Made by a program: the position numbers and the translations under genes
Shown here: positions 20,141 through 29,576 of the stretch, one piece after another
Layout of the letters: the number at the start of each line of letters is the position of its first letter
Position numbering within the stretch: the stretch's first letter is position 1
The notes under the pieces: model-generated
Database searches by the model: none
The model's input: the letters and a program-made list of their open reading frames with translations, nothing else
Told to the model about the DNA's origin: nothing
Source of the DNA: PVC group bacterium
GTDB taxonomy: Bacteria; Omnitrophota; Gorgyraeia; B26-G9
Direction: 5' to 3'
NCBI GenBank assembly: GCA_024231215.1
Contig: JAAEQR010000195.1
Span: forward strand, 298,488-362,487
DNA length: 64,000 bases

Positions 20141-20582
20141 TTTATTATATTTTATGCTGATTGTGCTATTGCTTGGTTGTACAGCGCAGCAGCCTGCTCA
20201 GCCGGATAGAGAGGCAGATTCGGCTGAACGAGTTCAGTTACAAACTATGAAAGACGATTTAACTCCGGAGCCGGAAGTTGAAGCAGAAACTCAGGATATG
20301 TTGCCAGCTAATATTTATGGGCGGGAAGATCCGTTTGCTCAGGTGGTATTAAGGGATCCTGGTATTGATGGAGACATTTCCGGAGGGCTAAGATTAGGAG
20401 GGTTGATTGTCGGCGGAGGACAGCCTTTGGCTATGATAAATGACAAAGTAGTTGCAGTGGGCGAAGTGGTTGACGGTAAAAAGGTTGTTAAAATCGAGAA
20501 AGAAAGTGTTGTTTTAGAAGACGAAGCAGGGGGTACCCAGGTGCTTAAATTTATTAGGCCGGGGCAGGGGGCAGATCTTTAA
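20127..20582 (+). CDS. PilP-like lipoprotein
   Basis: Lipobox LLGC, GREDPF motif, L.G......AMIND...V.VG beta domain. Confidence 0.75.
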   Translation: MRKSSLLYFMLIVLLLGCTAQQPAQPDREADSAERVQLQTMKDDLTPEPEVEAETQDMLPANIYGREDPFAQVVLRDPGIDGDISGGLRLGGLIVGGGQPLAMINDKVVAVGEVVDGKKVVKIEKESVVLEDEAGGTQVLKFIRPGQGADL

Positions 20583-22894
20583 TTAGACTGTAGTATTTTC
20601 TCCAGATTATATCTTGCCTGTTTGTGTTGCGGATCAAGTTTTAAAGTCAGATTCCATTCTTTAATTGCCATGTCTGTATTTCCCAAAGCATTATGAATTA
20701 CTCCCAGATTATTGTGTGCTAATGCGGAATTCCCATCAAGTTTTAAAAGCTGTTTAAATATCTTCATTGACTCAATAATTTCCCCCTGGTTATAAAGCAT
20801 GAGTCCCAGATTTTGATGTACTTCCAGATTGTCAGGAGCAATTTTTAGTACTTTTTTATATTCACGAATTGCTTGTTGTTGCTGGTTTGTTTTAGAATAT
20901 GCCATGGCCAGGTTTTTTCTGGCCATAAGATAGCTGGGATCAATGCTAAGAGCTTTTTTGAACTCGAGTATTGCTTCTTTGCGTTTTTCCTGGTGGGCGT
21001 ACACAGAGCCAAGATTATTATAAGCTTCTGCGTAACGCGGATTTTTTTCTAGTGATTTCTGAAATTCATATATTGCTTTTATATGTTTTCCCTGATCATA
21101 ATATGTAAGCCCGATATTATTATGGATAAGTGCTGTGTCTGAAGCTGCTTTAAGTGCTTTTTTAAACTCAGCTATGGCTTGGTCATGTTGACCGGTTGCT
21201 CTAAAGAACTCTGCTTTTTTAAACAATGTGAAGGGAAATATTCCCTTAATTGGGTCTTGGGATAATTCATTGCCTGAAGCTAGGTCCTTGCTTTTTTCAA
21301 TGATCTTTGCGTTCTGTTGGGAATTTTTAACAAATACAGTAGATATCTCGTCAAAGTGGACTAATGTCCATTCAGGATGTTTATATAGATAGGTCAAAAA
21401 AGGCGTGGTTGCAGTATAGATACGAGTTAAGAGAACGTAATTTATATTATATTTTTCTGAGATTTGTTTAAAACGTTCCGGATGAGAAAAAAGCTGGATA
21501 TAATTTTTATAAAATTCCGGACCGTATACTTCAGTTCTTCCGTCGATAAATACATGCTTTCGAGGGAAATTGCGCCAGATGAAATAGCCCCCACTCTCAA
21601 AGGTGTTAAATATATTTCCCTTGATGTCTGTTTTCTGAATGAAATCAACTGCATCTTTGGGGTATTTTAGGTCCATAATTCCAAAGCCGAAACTTCGGAT
21701 TATTTTATCTCGGAAAAGATATTGCGGAGCCATGTTTTTTGATATCAGAATGGTCATTCCCGCGATTAGTAATATTTGAAAGACAGCGTTTAGCACATAG
21801 CGTTTAGCGTATAGATATTGTAGTATTTTATGTGTTCGTGCCCCTTGAATTGCAGTTTCAATATTGAACATAGTAAATGGTAATGCTCCGAGGACAAAGA
21901 AGGGAATGTTTCGGTTCGCTTTAACTGAGAAGATCAGAAATATGCTATAGATGAAAAGATGAGCCAGGCGCAGGCGTTTGAAATTTAATATAAAGGTACT
22001 AATAGATATTATCAATAATAATTTGTAGTATGGATAAAGTTTAAAGAAATTATAACTGATAAATGAGGGTCTGAGTTCAGCTACATATTTCATGACTATT
22101 TCTTTATATTGAGTCTCATTGAATCCAGTCAGGGTTAAAAAAGGAAAAGATAGTCCCGCAAGGCCTTCGGGATTGATGAGGCCGCTTAGCAGGGAAGCTA
22201 TGGCTAGTCCTAATAGGATGTAGTATTTTTTGTCTTTTATAAGAGATGACTCATTCCATTTAAACGGAAGTTTTATTTTCCAGGACAATGCTTCGCCGAT
22301 AATATAAGAGAAGATAATAATCAAGCCAACCAAAGAACCACCATGCAGATTTGTCCAGATCATCTGAAAGATTGGAAGTAAGAAAATCATCTTGGTCTTT
22401 TTATGTCTATATCTTTCTAAAATGTAAAGATAGATAGTAATGAAGAAAAAATTAAAGATAAACGGCCGGATGAGGAATCTATGGCTTGAAGCTAAAATTG
22501 CGAGTAGAATTAAAGCCACAGAAAAAATATACATTTTGCGGCGATAGACCATAGTGAATAGAATGCCGAATGTTCCGGCCAGGATCAGTGCTTTTAAAAC
22601 AATAAGCGAATTCAACCCAAAATGTTTAAAAATTGAAAAGAAAAGCACATCAGCCAGCCACTGGTTGTTTATCCAGCGGTGAGCGGTAGCGGTATAAGAG
22701 AAGATATCTAGCTTGGGGATGACATGGGTGGTTAAAATATATTCGCCAGCCTTTAGATGCCACCAGATATCAAAATTGCGGATTTTCTGGATGAAAATAG
22801 TAATAGCAAAGACAATAAGCGATAGAAAAAGGAGATACTTAAGTGTCTTATTTATGGTGATAATAGTAGGTGGATGAGAATTTTGTTTATTCAT
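20579..22894 (-). CDS. Polytopic membrane protein with C-terminal TPR repeats (GT-C glycosyltransferase-like)
   Basis: DIWWHLKAG, W.NLHGG, FIDGR motifs, many TM segments, about 6 TPR repeats. Confidence 0.75.
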   Translation of the reverse strand: MNKQNSHPPTIITINKTLKYLLFLSLIVFAITIFIQKIRNFDIWWHLKAGEYILTTHVIPKLDIFSYTATAHRWINNQWLADVLFFSIFKHFGLNSLIVLKALILAGTFGILFTMVYRRKMYIFSVALILLAILASSHRFLIRPFIFNFFFITIYLYILERYRHKKTKMIFLLPIFQMIWTNLHGGSLVGLIIIFSYIIGEALSWKIKLPFKWNESSLIKDKKYYILLGLAIASLLSGLINPEGLAGLSFPFLTLTGFNETQYKEIVMKYVAELRPSFISYNFFKLYPYYKLLLIISISTFILNFKRLRLAHLFIYSIFLIFSVKANRNIPFFVLGALPFTMFNIETAIQGARTHKILQYLYAKRYVLNAVFQILLIAGMTILISKNMAPQYLFRDKIIRSFGFGIMDLKYPKDAVDFIQKTDIKGNIFNTFESGGYFIWRNFPRKHVFIDGRTEVYGPEFYKNYIQLFSHPERFKQISEKYNINYVLLTRIYTATTPFLTYLYKHPEWTLVHFDEISTVFVKNSQQNAKIIEKSKDLASGNELSQDPIKGIFPFTLFKKAEFFRATGQHDQAIAEFKKALKAASDTALIHNNIGLTYYDQGKHIKAIYEFQKSLEKNPRYAEAYNNLGSVYAHQEKRKEAILEFKKALSIDPSYLMARKNLAMAYSKTNQQQQAIREYKKVLKIAPDNLEVHQNLGLMLYNQGEIIESMKIFKQLLKLDGNSALAHNNLGVIHNALGNTDMAIKEWNLTLKLDPQHKQARYNLEKILQSN

Positions 22895-22949
22895 TTTTAA
22901 TATAGTATATCATGCTGCTGTGAAAATGTTAAGGTGAATGAAAAGTTTA

Positions 22950-22996
22950 TTGACATAATATGTTCTCTCTATTATAATGCACATATGTGCATTATA
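22950..22996 (+). promoter_or_regulatory. Sigma70 promoter with perfect 24-bp palindromic operator
   Basis: TTGACA 22950..22955, 17-nt spacer, TATAAT 22973..22978; TATAATGCACATATGTGCATTATA 22973..22996. Confidence 0.85.
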
Positions 22997-23010
22997 GCTA
23001 AGGGGAATGT

Positions 23011-23316
23011 GTGAGACCTAAAAAGACTAGATGGATAAAATGTGAGCCTGGAGAGAGATGTTTTCGTCCTCAATGTAACTCAAAGACTAAATTAGAAGGC
23101 GTTATTCTGAGCCTTGATGAATTTGAGGCTGTGCGCTTTGCTGATTGGGAAGGGCTTTCTCAGGAAGAAATTGCCGGGCATATGAAGGTGCATCGTTCGA
23201 CGATCTCCCGGATTCTTAAAAGTGCTCGCAGTAAAATCGCGGATGCTTTGGTGAATATAAAAGCGATAAAGGTTGAAGGCGGATGCTGCAGTGTTATTTC
23301 AGGAAAGAAAAAATGA
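23011..23316 (+). CDS. DUF134 family DNA-binding protein
   Basis: MRPKK.R, DEFEAVRFAD.EGLSQEE.A..M.V.RST..RIL..AR.KIADALV...I.VEGG. Confidence 0.88.
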   Translation: MRPKKTRWIKCEPGERCFRPQCNSKTKLEGVILSLDEFEAVRFADWEGLSQEEIAGHMKVHRSTISRILKSARSKIADALVNIKAIKVEGGCCSVISGKKK

Positions 23317-24314
23317 AAGAGTTTAATAAGTTTATATTTTCGATTGTAGTGTTCTTGGGGTGTTTTTATTTGCCGATTGAATTGCTGCCGGTTCAGGGAG
23401 CTTTGTTTGAAGCGTTTGCATTAGTGAAATGGTATGCAAGAGAGCATGTGTTACTATGTCTGATCCCTGCATTTTTTATTGCCGGAGCGATTTCCGTGTT
23501 TGTTAGTAAGGCGGTTGTGATTAAGTACTTTGGAGCGCAGGCTAAAAAGATACTGGCTTATGGCGTGGCTTCAGTGTCTGGGGCTATCCTGGCAGTGTGT
23601 TCTTGCACAGTGCTTCCGTTATTTTCCGGTATCTATAAGCGGGGCGCGGGTCTGGGGCCGGCAATTGCATTTTTGTATTCTGGCCCGGCAATAAATATAC
23701 TGGCAGTTATTATGACTGCTCGGATTCTTGGGTGGCAGTTAGGATTAGCTCGGGCAATTGGCGCTGTTTTATTTAGTATTGCTATCGGGTTGTGTATGCA
23801 TTTTATTTTTCTTAAAGAAGAGAACGCGCGGCAGGCTGAAGGAGAATTTCAGTTTGGAGAGGAGAAAAAAAATAGGTCGTTAGGGCAGAATATGGCACAT
23901 TTTATTTTTGCTTCCTGGGGATTTGCTAAGCAGATTTTGCCGCTTTTACTCTTAGGAGTATTGGTTGCAGGATTTTTGCTGGGAAGACCAGGGCAGGAGG
24001 GCATTATACCTTCACGATTTATTCAAATGCTTGTTGGGGGGAATTCATTATTTTCTAATTTCTTTGCGGCGATTGCCGGCGCGTTTATGTATTTTGCGAC
24101 ACTGACTGAAGTGCCGATATTGCAGGGGTTGATTGGAGCAGGTATGGGTAAAGGTCCGGCGTTGTCGTTACTCTTAGCTGGTCCGGCATTAAGTTTGCCT
24201 AATATGCTGGTGATTAGAAGTGTTATCGGAACTAAAAAGACGGTTGTGTATGTGGGGTTGGTTGTGGTTATGGCAACATTGAGTGGAATAATATTTGGAG
24301 TGATAGTAAAATAA
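23313..24314 (+). CDS. ArsP/DUF318-family permease
   Basis: AVCSCTVLPLF, FLYSGPAIN, MYFATLTEVP, GPALSLP motifs. Confidence 0.88.
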   Translation: MKEFNKFIFSIVVFLGCFYLPIELLPVQGALFEAFALVKWYAREHVLLCLIPAFFIAGAISVFVSKAVVIKYFGAQAKKILAYGVASVSGAILAVCSCTVLPLFSGIYKRGAGLGPAIAFLYSGPAINILAVIMTARILGWQLGLARAIGAVLFSIAIGLCMHFIFLKEENARQAEGEFQFGEEKKNRSLGQNMAHFIFASWGFAKQILPLLLLGVLVAGFLLGRPGQEGIIPSRFIQMLVGGNSLFSNFFAAIAGAFMYFATLTEVPILQGLIGAGMGKGPALSLLLAGPALSLPNMLVIRSVIGTKKTVVYVGLVVVMATLSGIIFGVIVK

Positions 24315-24330
24315 AAGGAGTGTTTTGATC

Positions 24331-24561
24331 ATGAAAATTGAGATTTTAGGTGCGGGTTGTCCGAAATGCAAACAGCTTTATGAAAATGCACAGCAGGCAG
24401 TTAAAAATCAGGGTGTAGAAGCAGAAGTTATCAAAGTTGAAGATATAGACAAGATTCTTGAGTATGGAGTAATGATTACTCCTGCGTTAGTTATAAATGG
24501 AGAAGTTAAGATTACCGGTAAGGTTGTATCACCAGAAGAGATTCAGCATCTTATTTCTTAA
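24331..24561 (+). CDS. Small redox-active disulfide protein (thioredoxin/MTH895 family)
   Basis: ILGAGCPKC, YGVMITPALVING. Confidence 0.9.
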   Translation: MKIEILGAGCPKCKQLYENAQQAVKNQGVEAEVIKVEDIDKILEYGVMITPALVINGEVKITGKVVSPEEIQHLIS

Positions 24562-24574
24562 TAGGGAGATTTAT

Positions 24575-24994
24575 ATGCGTAAAATAGTCTATGTTATGGG
24601 TGTGTTTATGCTCTTGGGATGTTTTTTGTTTTCCCGAGAAGTGTCTGCTGCGGATAACTCACAGGTTGTTGTTTATTATTTTCACGGCAGTGCTCGCTGT
24701 CATACTTGTCATAAAATAGAAAATCACACCGAGGAGGCAATTAATAAATTTTTTAGCGATGAGTTGAAGGCCAGCACATTAAGTTATAAAATTATAAATA
24801 TAGATAAAAAAGAAAATCAGCATTTCATTCAGGATTACCAGCTTTATACAAAATCTGTTGTACTTTCTTTGATGAGAAATAATAAAGAAGCAAAAAGTAA
24901 AAATCTTACTGCTATTTGGGAGAAGATAGGGAATAAAGAACAGTTTTATAGCTATATAAAAGAAGAGGTGAATAACTTTTTAGGAGAATTATGA
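24575..24994 (+). CDS. Periplasmic thioredoxin-like ArsF-family protein
   Basis: Signal peptide; YYFHGSARCHTC. Confidence 0.75.
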   Translation: MRKIVYVMGVFMLLGCFLFSREVSAADNSQVVVYYFHGSARCHTCHKIENHTEEAINKFFSDELKASTLSYKIINIDKKENQHFIQDYQLYTKSVVLSLMRNNKEAKSKNLTAIWEKIGNKEQFYSYIKEEVNNFLGEL

Positions 24995-25671
24995 TTGTTT
25001 TTATGTCTGCATTCTGGTTTGGTTTGCTTACGGCGATAAGCCCTTGTCCTTTAGCTTCGAATATTGCAGCGGTTTCATTTCTGTCGAAGAATGTTGAAAA
25101 TCCAAAGCGAGTATTATGGTCGGGAATAGCTTATACTGTGGGGCGAATGTTTACGTATGCTATAGTAGGAGCGGTTATTATAACTTCTCTGGTGAGTATT
25201 CCTTTAGCAGCTAATTTTCTACAGAAATATATGGGTCGCATATTAGGGCCGTTATTATTTTTTATAGGATTGTTTTTATTGGATATAATAAAGTTTAAGG
25301 GGCTGAATGTTTCTGTTTCTCAGGAAAAGCAGCACTCTCTGGCGAAAGGCGGCTTAAAAGGCGCGTTTGCATTGGGAGTAGTTTTTGCGTTGTCTTTTTG
25401 TCCGATATCAGCTGCATTATTTTTTGGCAGTCTTATTCCTCTTGCGTTAAGCCATAAAGCGGGTATTGTTCTGCCGTTTTTTTATGGGTTGGGCACAGCT
25501 ATTCCTGTGGTTTTTTTCGCAGTAGCTATAGCCTGGGGAGTTAAATCATTTTCTAAATGGTTTCAGTGGATAAATAAAGTTCAGGCTTATGCTAAAAAAA
25601 TAACAGGAATTATATTTATATTAGCTGGTGCATATTATATATGGATATATATTTTAAGTCCAATATTTTAA
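24991..25671 (+). CDS. ArsG/CcdA-like membrane protein
   Basis: [12 protein letters not shown] and [10 protein letters not shown] cysteines. Confidence 0.8.
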   Translation: MIVFMSAFWFGLLTAISPCPLASNIAAVSFLSKNVENPKRVLWSGIAYTVGRMFTYAIVGAVIITSLVSIPLAANFLQKYMGRILGPLLFFIGLFLLDIIKFKGLNVSVSQEKQHSLAKGGLKGAFALGVVFALSFCPISAALFFGSLIPLALSHKAGIVLPFFYGLGTAIPVVFFAVAIAWGVKSFSKWFQWINKVQAYAKKITGIIFILAGAYYIWIYILSPIF

Positions 25672-25682
25672 AGGAGAAAAGG

Positions 25683-26765
25683 GTGGAAAAAGTAATACAT
25701 GAAGAAAAAAATTTAAGTTTTTTTGAGAAATATCTGACTATTTGGGTGATAGCGTGTATTGGTCTTGGAATTATTTTAGGTAAGTTGTTTCCACAGGTTG
25801 CGGTAACGCTTGATCGCATTTCTTTTCATCAGGTATCTATCCCAATTGCAATATGTCTTTTTTTTATGATGTATCCGATTATGGTAAAAATTGATTTTGC
25901 TGAGGTGATTAAAGCTGGAAAGACTCCGAAGCCGGTATTGCTCACGTTATTTATTAACTGGGGGGTAAAACCGTTTACGATGCTGGCAATATCAACTTTA
26001 TTTTTAGGGGTGCTGTTTAAAGGTTGGCTGCCGGGAGTGGAAATTATTAAAGGTGGTGCGCAAGTAGAATTATATAGGTCTTACATTGCCGGATGTATTT
26101 TGTTGGGGATTGCTCCGTGTACGGCGATGGTGTTAATTTGGGGACATTTATCTAAGGGTAATGACGGGCATACTCTGGTTATGGTCGCAATAAATTCTCT
26201 TGCAATGTTGTTTCTGTATGCGCCGTTAGGTGGTTGGCTTTTGGGTGTAAATAAAATGCCGATTCCCTGGCAGACTATTTTCTTATCCGTAATTATTTAT
26301 GTTGGATTACCGCTTTTCATTGGATATTATTCGCGAAAGATGATCATTGCGAAAAAAGGATTTAAGTGGTTTGAAGAAAAGTTTATTCATTGGTTAACAC
26401 CGGTTTCTATCGGAGCTTTGCTGCTTACTTTAATTCTTCTATTTTCGTTTAAAGGAGAACTGATTATGGGGCAGCCGCAAATAATATTGTTGATTGCGAT
26501 TCCTTTATTTATCCAGACTTGTTTAATTTTTGGAGTGACATATGCCTTAGCCAGATGGTTAAAGCTTCCATATCGGGATGCCGCGCCTTCTGCACTTATT
26601 GGCGCAAGTAATCATTTTGAAGTAGCGATTGCTACTTCAACAATTCTTTTTGGGTTATCTTCCGGGGCTTCTTTGGCTACAGTCGTAGGGGTATTAATCG
26701 AGGTACCGGTTATGCTTTTGCTGGTGAGAGTTTGTTTGAAAACAAAACATTTATTTAAGGGATAA
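25683..26765 (+). CDS. acr3: ACR3-family arsenite efflux transporter
   Basis: [33 protein letters not shown]. Confidence 0.95.
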   Translation: MEKVIHEEKNLSFFEKYLTIWVIACIGLGIILGKLFPQVAVTLDRISFHQVSIPIAICLFFMMYPIMVKIDFAEVIKAGKTPKPVLLTLFINWGVKPFTMLAISTLFLGVLFKGWLPGVEIIKGGAQVELYRSYIAGCILLGIAPCTAMVLIWGHLSKGNDGHTLVMVAINSLAMLFLYAPLGGWLLGVNKMPIPWQTIFLSVIIYVGLPLFIGYYSRKMIIAKKGFKWFEEKFIHWLTPVSIGALLLTLILLFSFKGELIMGQPQIILLIAIPLFIQTCLIFGVTYALARWLKLPYRDAAPSALIGASNHFEVAIATSTILFGLSSGASLATVVGVLIEVPVMLLLVRVCLKTKHLFKG

Positions 26766-26766
26766 T

Positions 26767-27186
26767 ATGAAAAAAAAAGTATTATTTTTATGTACGGGTA
26801 ATTCGTGCCGAAGCCAGATGGCTGAAGGTATTTTAAGGTTTTTAGACGGTGATGATTATGAGGCTTTTAGTGCGGGGGTGAATCCAACGGATATTAATCC
26901 TTTAGCCGTAAGGGCAATGGCGGAAATTGATATTGATATTACTGTTCAGCGGTCTAAATCAGTAACTGAGTTTCAGGATCAGGCTTTTGATTTTGTAATC
27001 ACGGTATGTAATAATGCCAAGCAGTCCTGTCCTATCCTTGCGGATAAACATGAAAAAATCCATTGGGATATGGAAGACCCGGCAGAGGTAAATGGAACAG
27101 AGGAAGAAAAGATGATTGTGTTTAGAGAGATGCGAGATGAGATTGTCAATCGGGTAAAAAAGTTTTTGCAAAATATAAATATATGA
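26767..27186 (+). CDS. arsC: Arsenate reductase (LMW-PTP/thioredoxin type)
   Basis: CTGNSCRSQMAEG, TVC...CP, W..EDP. Confidence 0.95.
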   Translation: MKKKVLFLCTGNSCRSQMAEGILRFLDGDDYEAFSAGVNPTDINPLAVRAMAEIDIDITVQRSKSVTEFQDQAFDFVITVCNNAKQSCPILADKHEKIHWDMEDPAEVNGTEEEKMIVFREMRDEIVNRVKKFLQNINI

Positions 27187-27301
27187 AGCCTAATATTATC
27201 CAATATACAGGTGCGATCTTGTTTGTTATAATCGGAGTGTTGATGTTTTTTAAAAAGATTTGATTGTAACGAATGAGGATTAAGAATGGGAGATAATTGT
27301 T

Positions 27302-27652
27302 ATGATTAAAAAAAGATTAGATAGGGAAAGTGAAGTAAGAACAAATATGCGGGGTGGCCCGGGAGAAATAAATATTACGCATTATTTTAAAAAAGATGAG
27401 ATCAGCGGTCCCTGTCGTTTGTGTGCAGAGTTGGTTCTTGCTCCCGGAGCTGGAATAGGTTTGCATGAACATGCGAATGAAGATGAGATGTTTATTATTC
27501 AGCAGGGGAAGGGCGTAGTTACGGATAATGATAAAGAGGTAGAAGTTACAGTAGGTGATTGTATTATAACCGGGGGCGGCTCCAGCCATTCGGTGAAAAA
27601 TACCGGAAATACTGATCTGGTGATTACTGCGGTAATTGTTCAATATAGTTAA
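27302..27652 (+). CDS. Cupin domain protein
   Basis: IGLHEH...E...G and SHSV.N metal-binding motifs. Confidence 0.88.
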   Translation: MIKKRLDRESEVRTNMRGGPGEINITHYFKKDEISGPCRLCAELVLAPGAGIGLHEHANEDEMFIIQQGKGVVTDNDKEVEVTVGDCIITGGGSSHSVKNTGNTDLVITAVIVQYS

Positions 27653-27657
27653 TAAAA

Positions 27658-28797
27658 ATGACTACGAATGGTGATTTTTTGAATTTTCCTGAAAAATTTT
27701 TATGTCCACAGAAAACTATATTCAGAAAAGGTGCGGCTTTGGATATTGCCGCGGAATGCTTACTGTTTGGGCAAAGAGGATTGCTTGTTCACGGCCGGTC
27801 TTTGGAGAATAATGGTAATAAAGAAAATATTTTAAATCAATTTCCGGATTCTTCAAAAATAGATACATTTTGCCGTCAAGGCGGTGAACCGACACTTGGT
27901 GAAATAAGCAGTGTAATCGAAAAGGCAAAAGCTATAAAGGCTGAATGGATAGCTGGTATTGGCGGCGGCAGTGTTATTGATTTAGCTAAGGCAGCAGCGG
28001 GATTGTATGGTGCAAAAGAAAAGCCTGTGTTTTATCAGCAGGGAGGGAAGCTTGAACAAACAGGGGTTCCGTTTATTGCGGTACCTACAACAGCTGGAAC
28101 CGGGTCTGAAGCAACAATCAATTCGGTGATTATAAATTCAGCTACCAAAGAAAAATTATCTATTCGGGATAAAAGTTTTTTAGCGCGTACTGTGATTCTT
28201 GATGTAGAGCTTTTAAAGGGTTTGCCTAAGCAGGCAATGGTTTATGCGGCAATGGATGCTTATGTTCAGGCTTATGAATCTTTTATTTCTAAGAACGCGA
28301 CAGAGGATAGCGAGCAAAATGCTTTAAAAGCCATAGAATTGATCGATGAAAATATTTTATTAGCTTATGAAACCGGAAGAGAAGAATATTTATCGGATTT
28401 ATTGCTTGGTAGTTATCTTTGCGGTATTGCTTTTGGTTTATCTCGGTTGGGTGTGATTCATGGAATAGCGCATTCTTTAGGTGTTTTATATGACTTGCCG
28501 CATGGTCTGATTTGCGCAGTTTGTTTGCCTGCATCATTGAAGATTAACAGAGATGTGATGGGTAAAAAATATGATATTATGAGTAAATTAATAAATATGG
28601 ATTTCCAAAAGCGTATAACTGAATTGATGTCTGCTTTAGCCATAACATCGCCGTTTAAAGATAAAGAATTGATTGAAAAGGAGAAAATTATTGCGGCAAC
28701 ACTGAAATCCGGTTCTACAAAAGCTAATCCTAAAGATATTAATAAAGATGATGTGGAATTTATATTGAACGATATTTTTCAGGATAAAATTATATGA
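27658..28797 (+). CDS. Iron-containing alcohol dehydrogenase family protein
   Basis: GGGSVIDLAK, PTTAGTGSE, HGIAH...HG. Confidence 0.9.
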   Translation: MTTNGDFLNFPEKFLCPQKTIFRKGAALDIAAECLLFGQRGLLVHGRSLENNGNKENILNQFPDSSKIDTFCRQGGEPTLGEISSVIEKAKAIKAEWIAGIGGGSVIDLAKAAAGLYGAKEKPVFYQQGGKLEQTGVPFIAVPTTAGTGSEATINSVIINSATKEKLSIRDKSFLARTVILDVELLKGLPKQAMVYAAMDAYVQAYESFISKNATEDSEQNALKAIELIDENILLAYETGREEYLSDLLLGSYLCGIAFGLSRLGVIHGIAHSLGVLYDLPHGLICAVCLPASLKINRDVMGKKYDIMSKLINMDFQKRITELMSALAITSPFKDKELIEKEKIIAATLKSGSTKANPKDINKDDVEFILNDIFQDKII

Positions 28798-29300
28798 GTG
28801 CTAATGATAAAATAGAAATAAAGATCGGTGACATTACCAAAGAAAAAGTAGATGCAATTGTGAATGCGGCGAATACTACTTTATTAGGTGGAGGTGGTGT
28901 TGACGGTGCTATCCATCGTGCTGCCGGGCCTTTGCTTTTAGCCGAGTGTATAAAACTGTGCGGATGTAAGACAGGCGAAGCAAAGATAACCAAAGGATAT
29001 AACCTGCTGGCAAAGTATGTAATTCATACGCCTGGGCCGCGCTGGCGCGGCGGTAATCATAATGAAGCTGAACTTCTTGCTAGTTCGTATTTAAATTCAC
29101 TTAAACTGGCTGTAGAAAATAATATAAAAACTATAGCCTTTCCTTCGATAAGTACTGGTATTTATCGATTTCCTCTGGATCAAGCCTCCCAAATAGTCTT
29201 TAGCACTGTAAATGATTTCGTGGCAGGGCATGAGCAGATAGAAAAAGTAGTTTTTGTTTGCTTTAATCAGCAGGTGTATGAGGCTTATACTCGGATATAA
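28794..29300 (+). CDS. Macrodomain O-acetyl-ADP-ribose deacetylase (YmdB-like)
   Basis: GDIT, IVNAAN..LLGGGGVDGAIH, FPSISTG. Confidence 0.93.
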   Translation: MSANDKIEIKIGDITKEKVDAIVNAANTTLLGGGGVDGAIHRAAGPLLLAECIKLCGCKTGEAKITKGYNLLAKYVIHTPGPRWRGGNHNEAELLASSYLNSLKLAVENNIKTIAFPSISTGIYRFPLDQASQIVFSTVNDFVAGHEQIEKVVFVCFNQQVYEAYTRI

Positions 29301-29344
29301 ATCAAGTTCCAAATAAATTATAATACCTAATTGACAATGACCAA

Positions 29345-29479
29345 AGACAGTACAAAAATTCTCTTTGAGCGGCGCTTTGAGACGTAATTTTTACAAGGAG
29401 GTAAAAATAGGCGAGACGCGCGGCTGCAAGGCACGATGCCGCAGCGGGCTTAGCGAAAAGACGTGTTTTTGTGCTGTTT
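29345..29479. mobile_element. MITE-like structured element with imperfect terminal inverted repeats
   Basis: AGACAGTACAAAAA 29345..29358 vs TTTTTGTGCTGTTT 29466..29479; internal hairpins; GC-richer than flanks; partial copy at 3681..3711. Confidence 0.55.
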
Positions 29480-29485
29480 AATCTC

Positions 29486-29539
29486 TTGACAAACATCTCC
29501 ATAAAGGATATATTAATCTTATCCACACATATGTGTGGA
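29486..29539 (+). promoter_or_regulatory. Sigma70 promoter followed by 18-bp palindrome
   Basis: TTGACA 29486..29491, 17-nt spacer, TATATT 29509..29514; TCCACACATATGTGTGGA 29522..29539. Confidence 0.7.
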
Positions 29540-29576
29540 ACGTGATGATTAGAACGCTTAGTCGACGGGGAGATGT

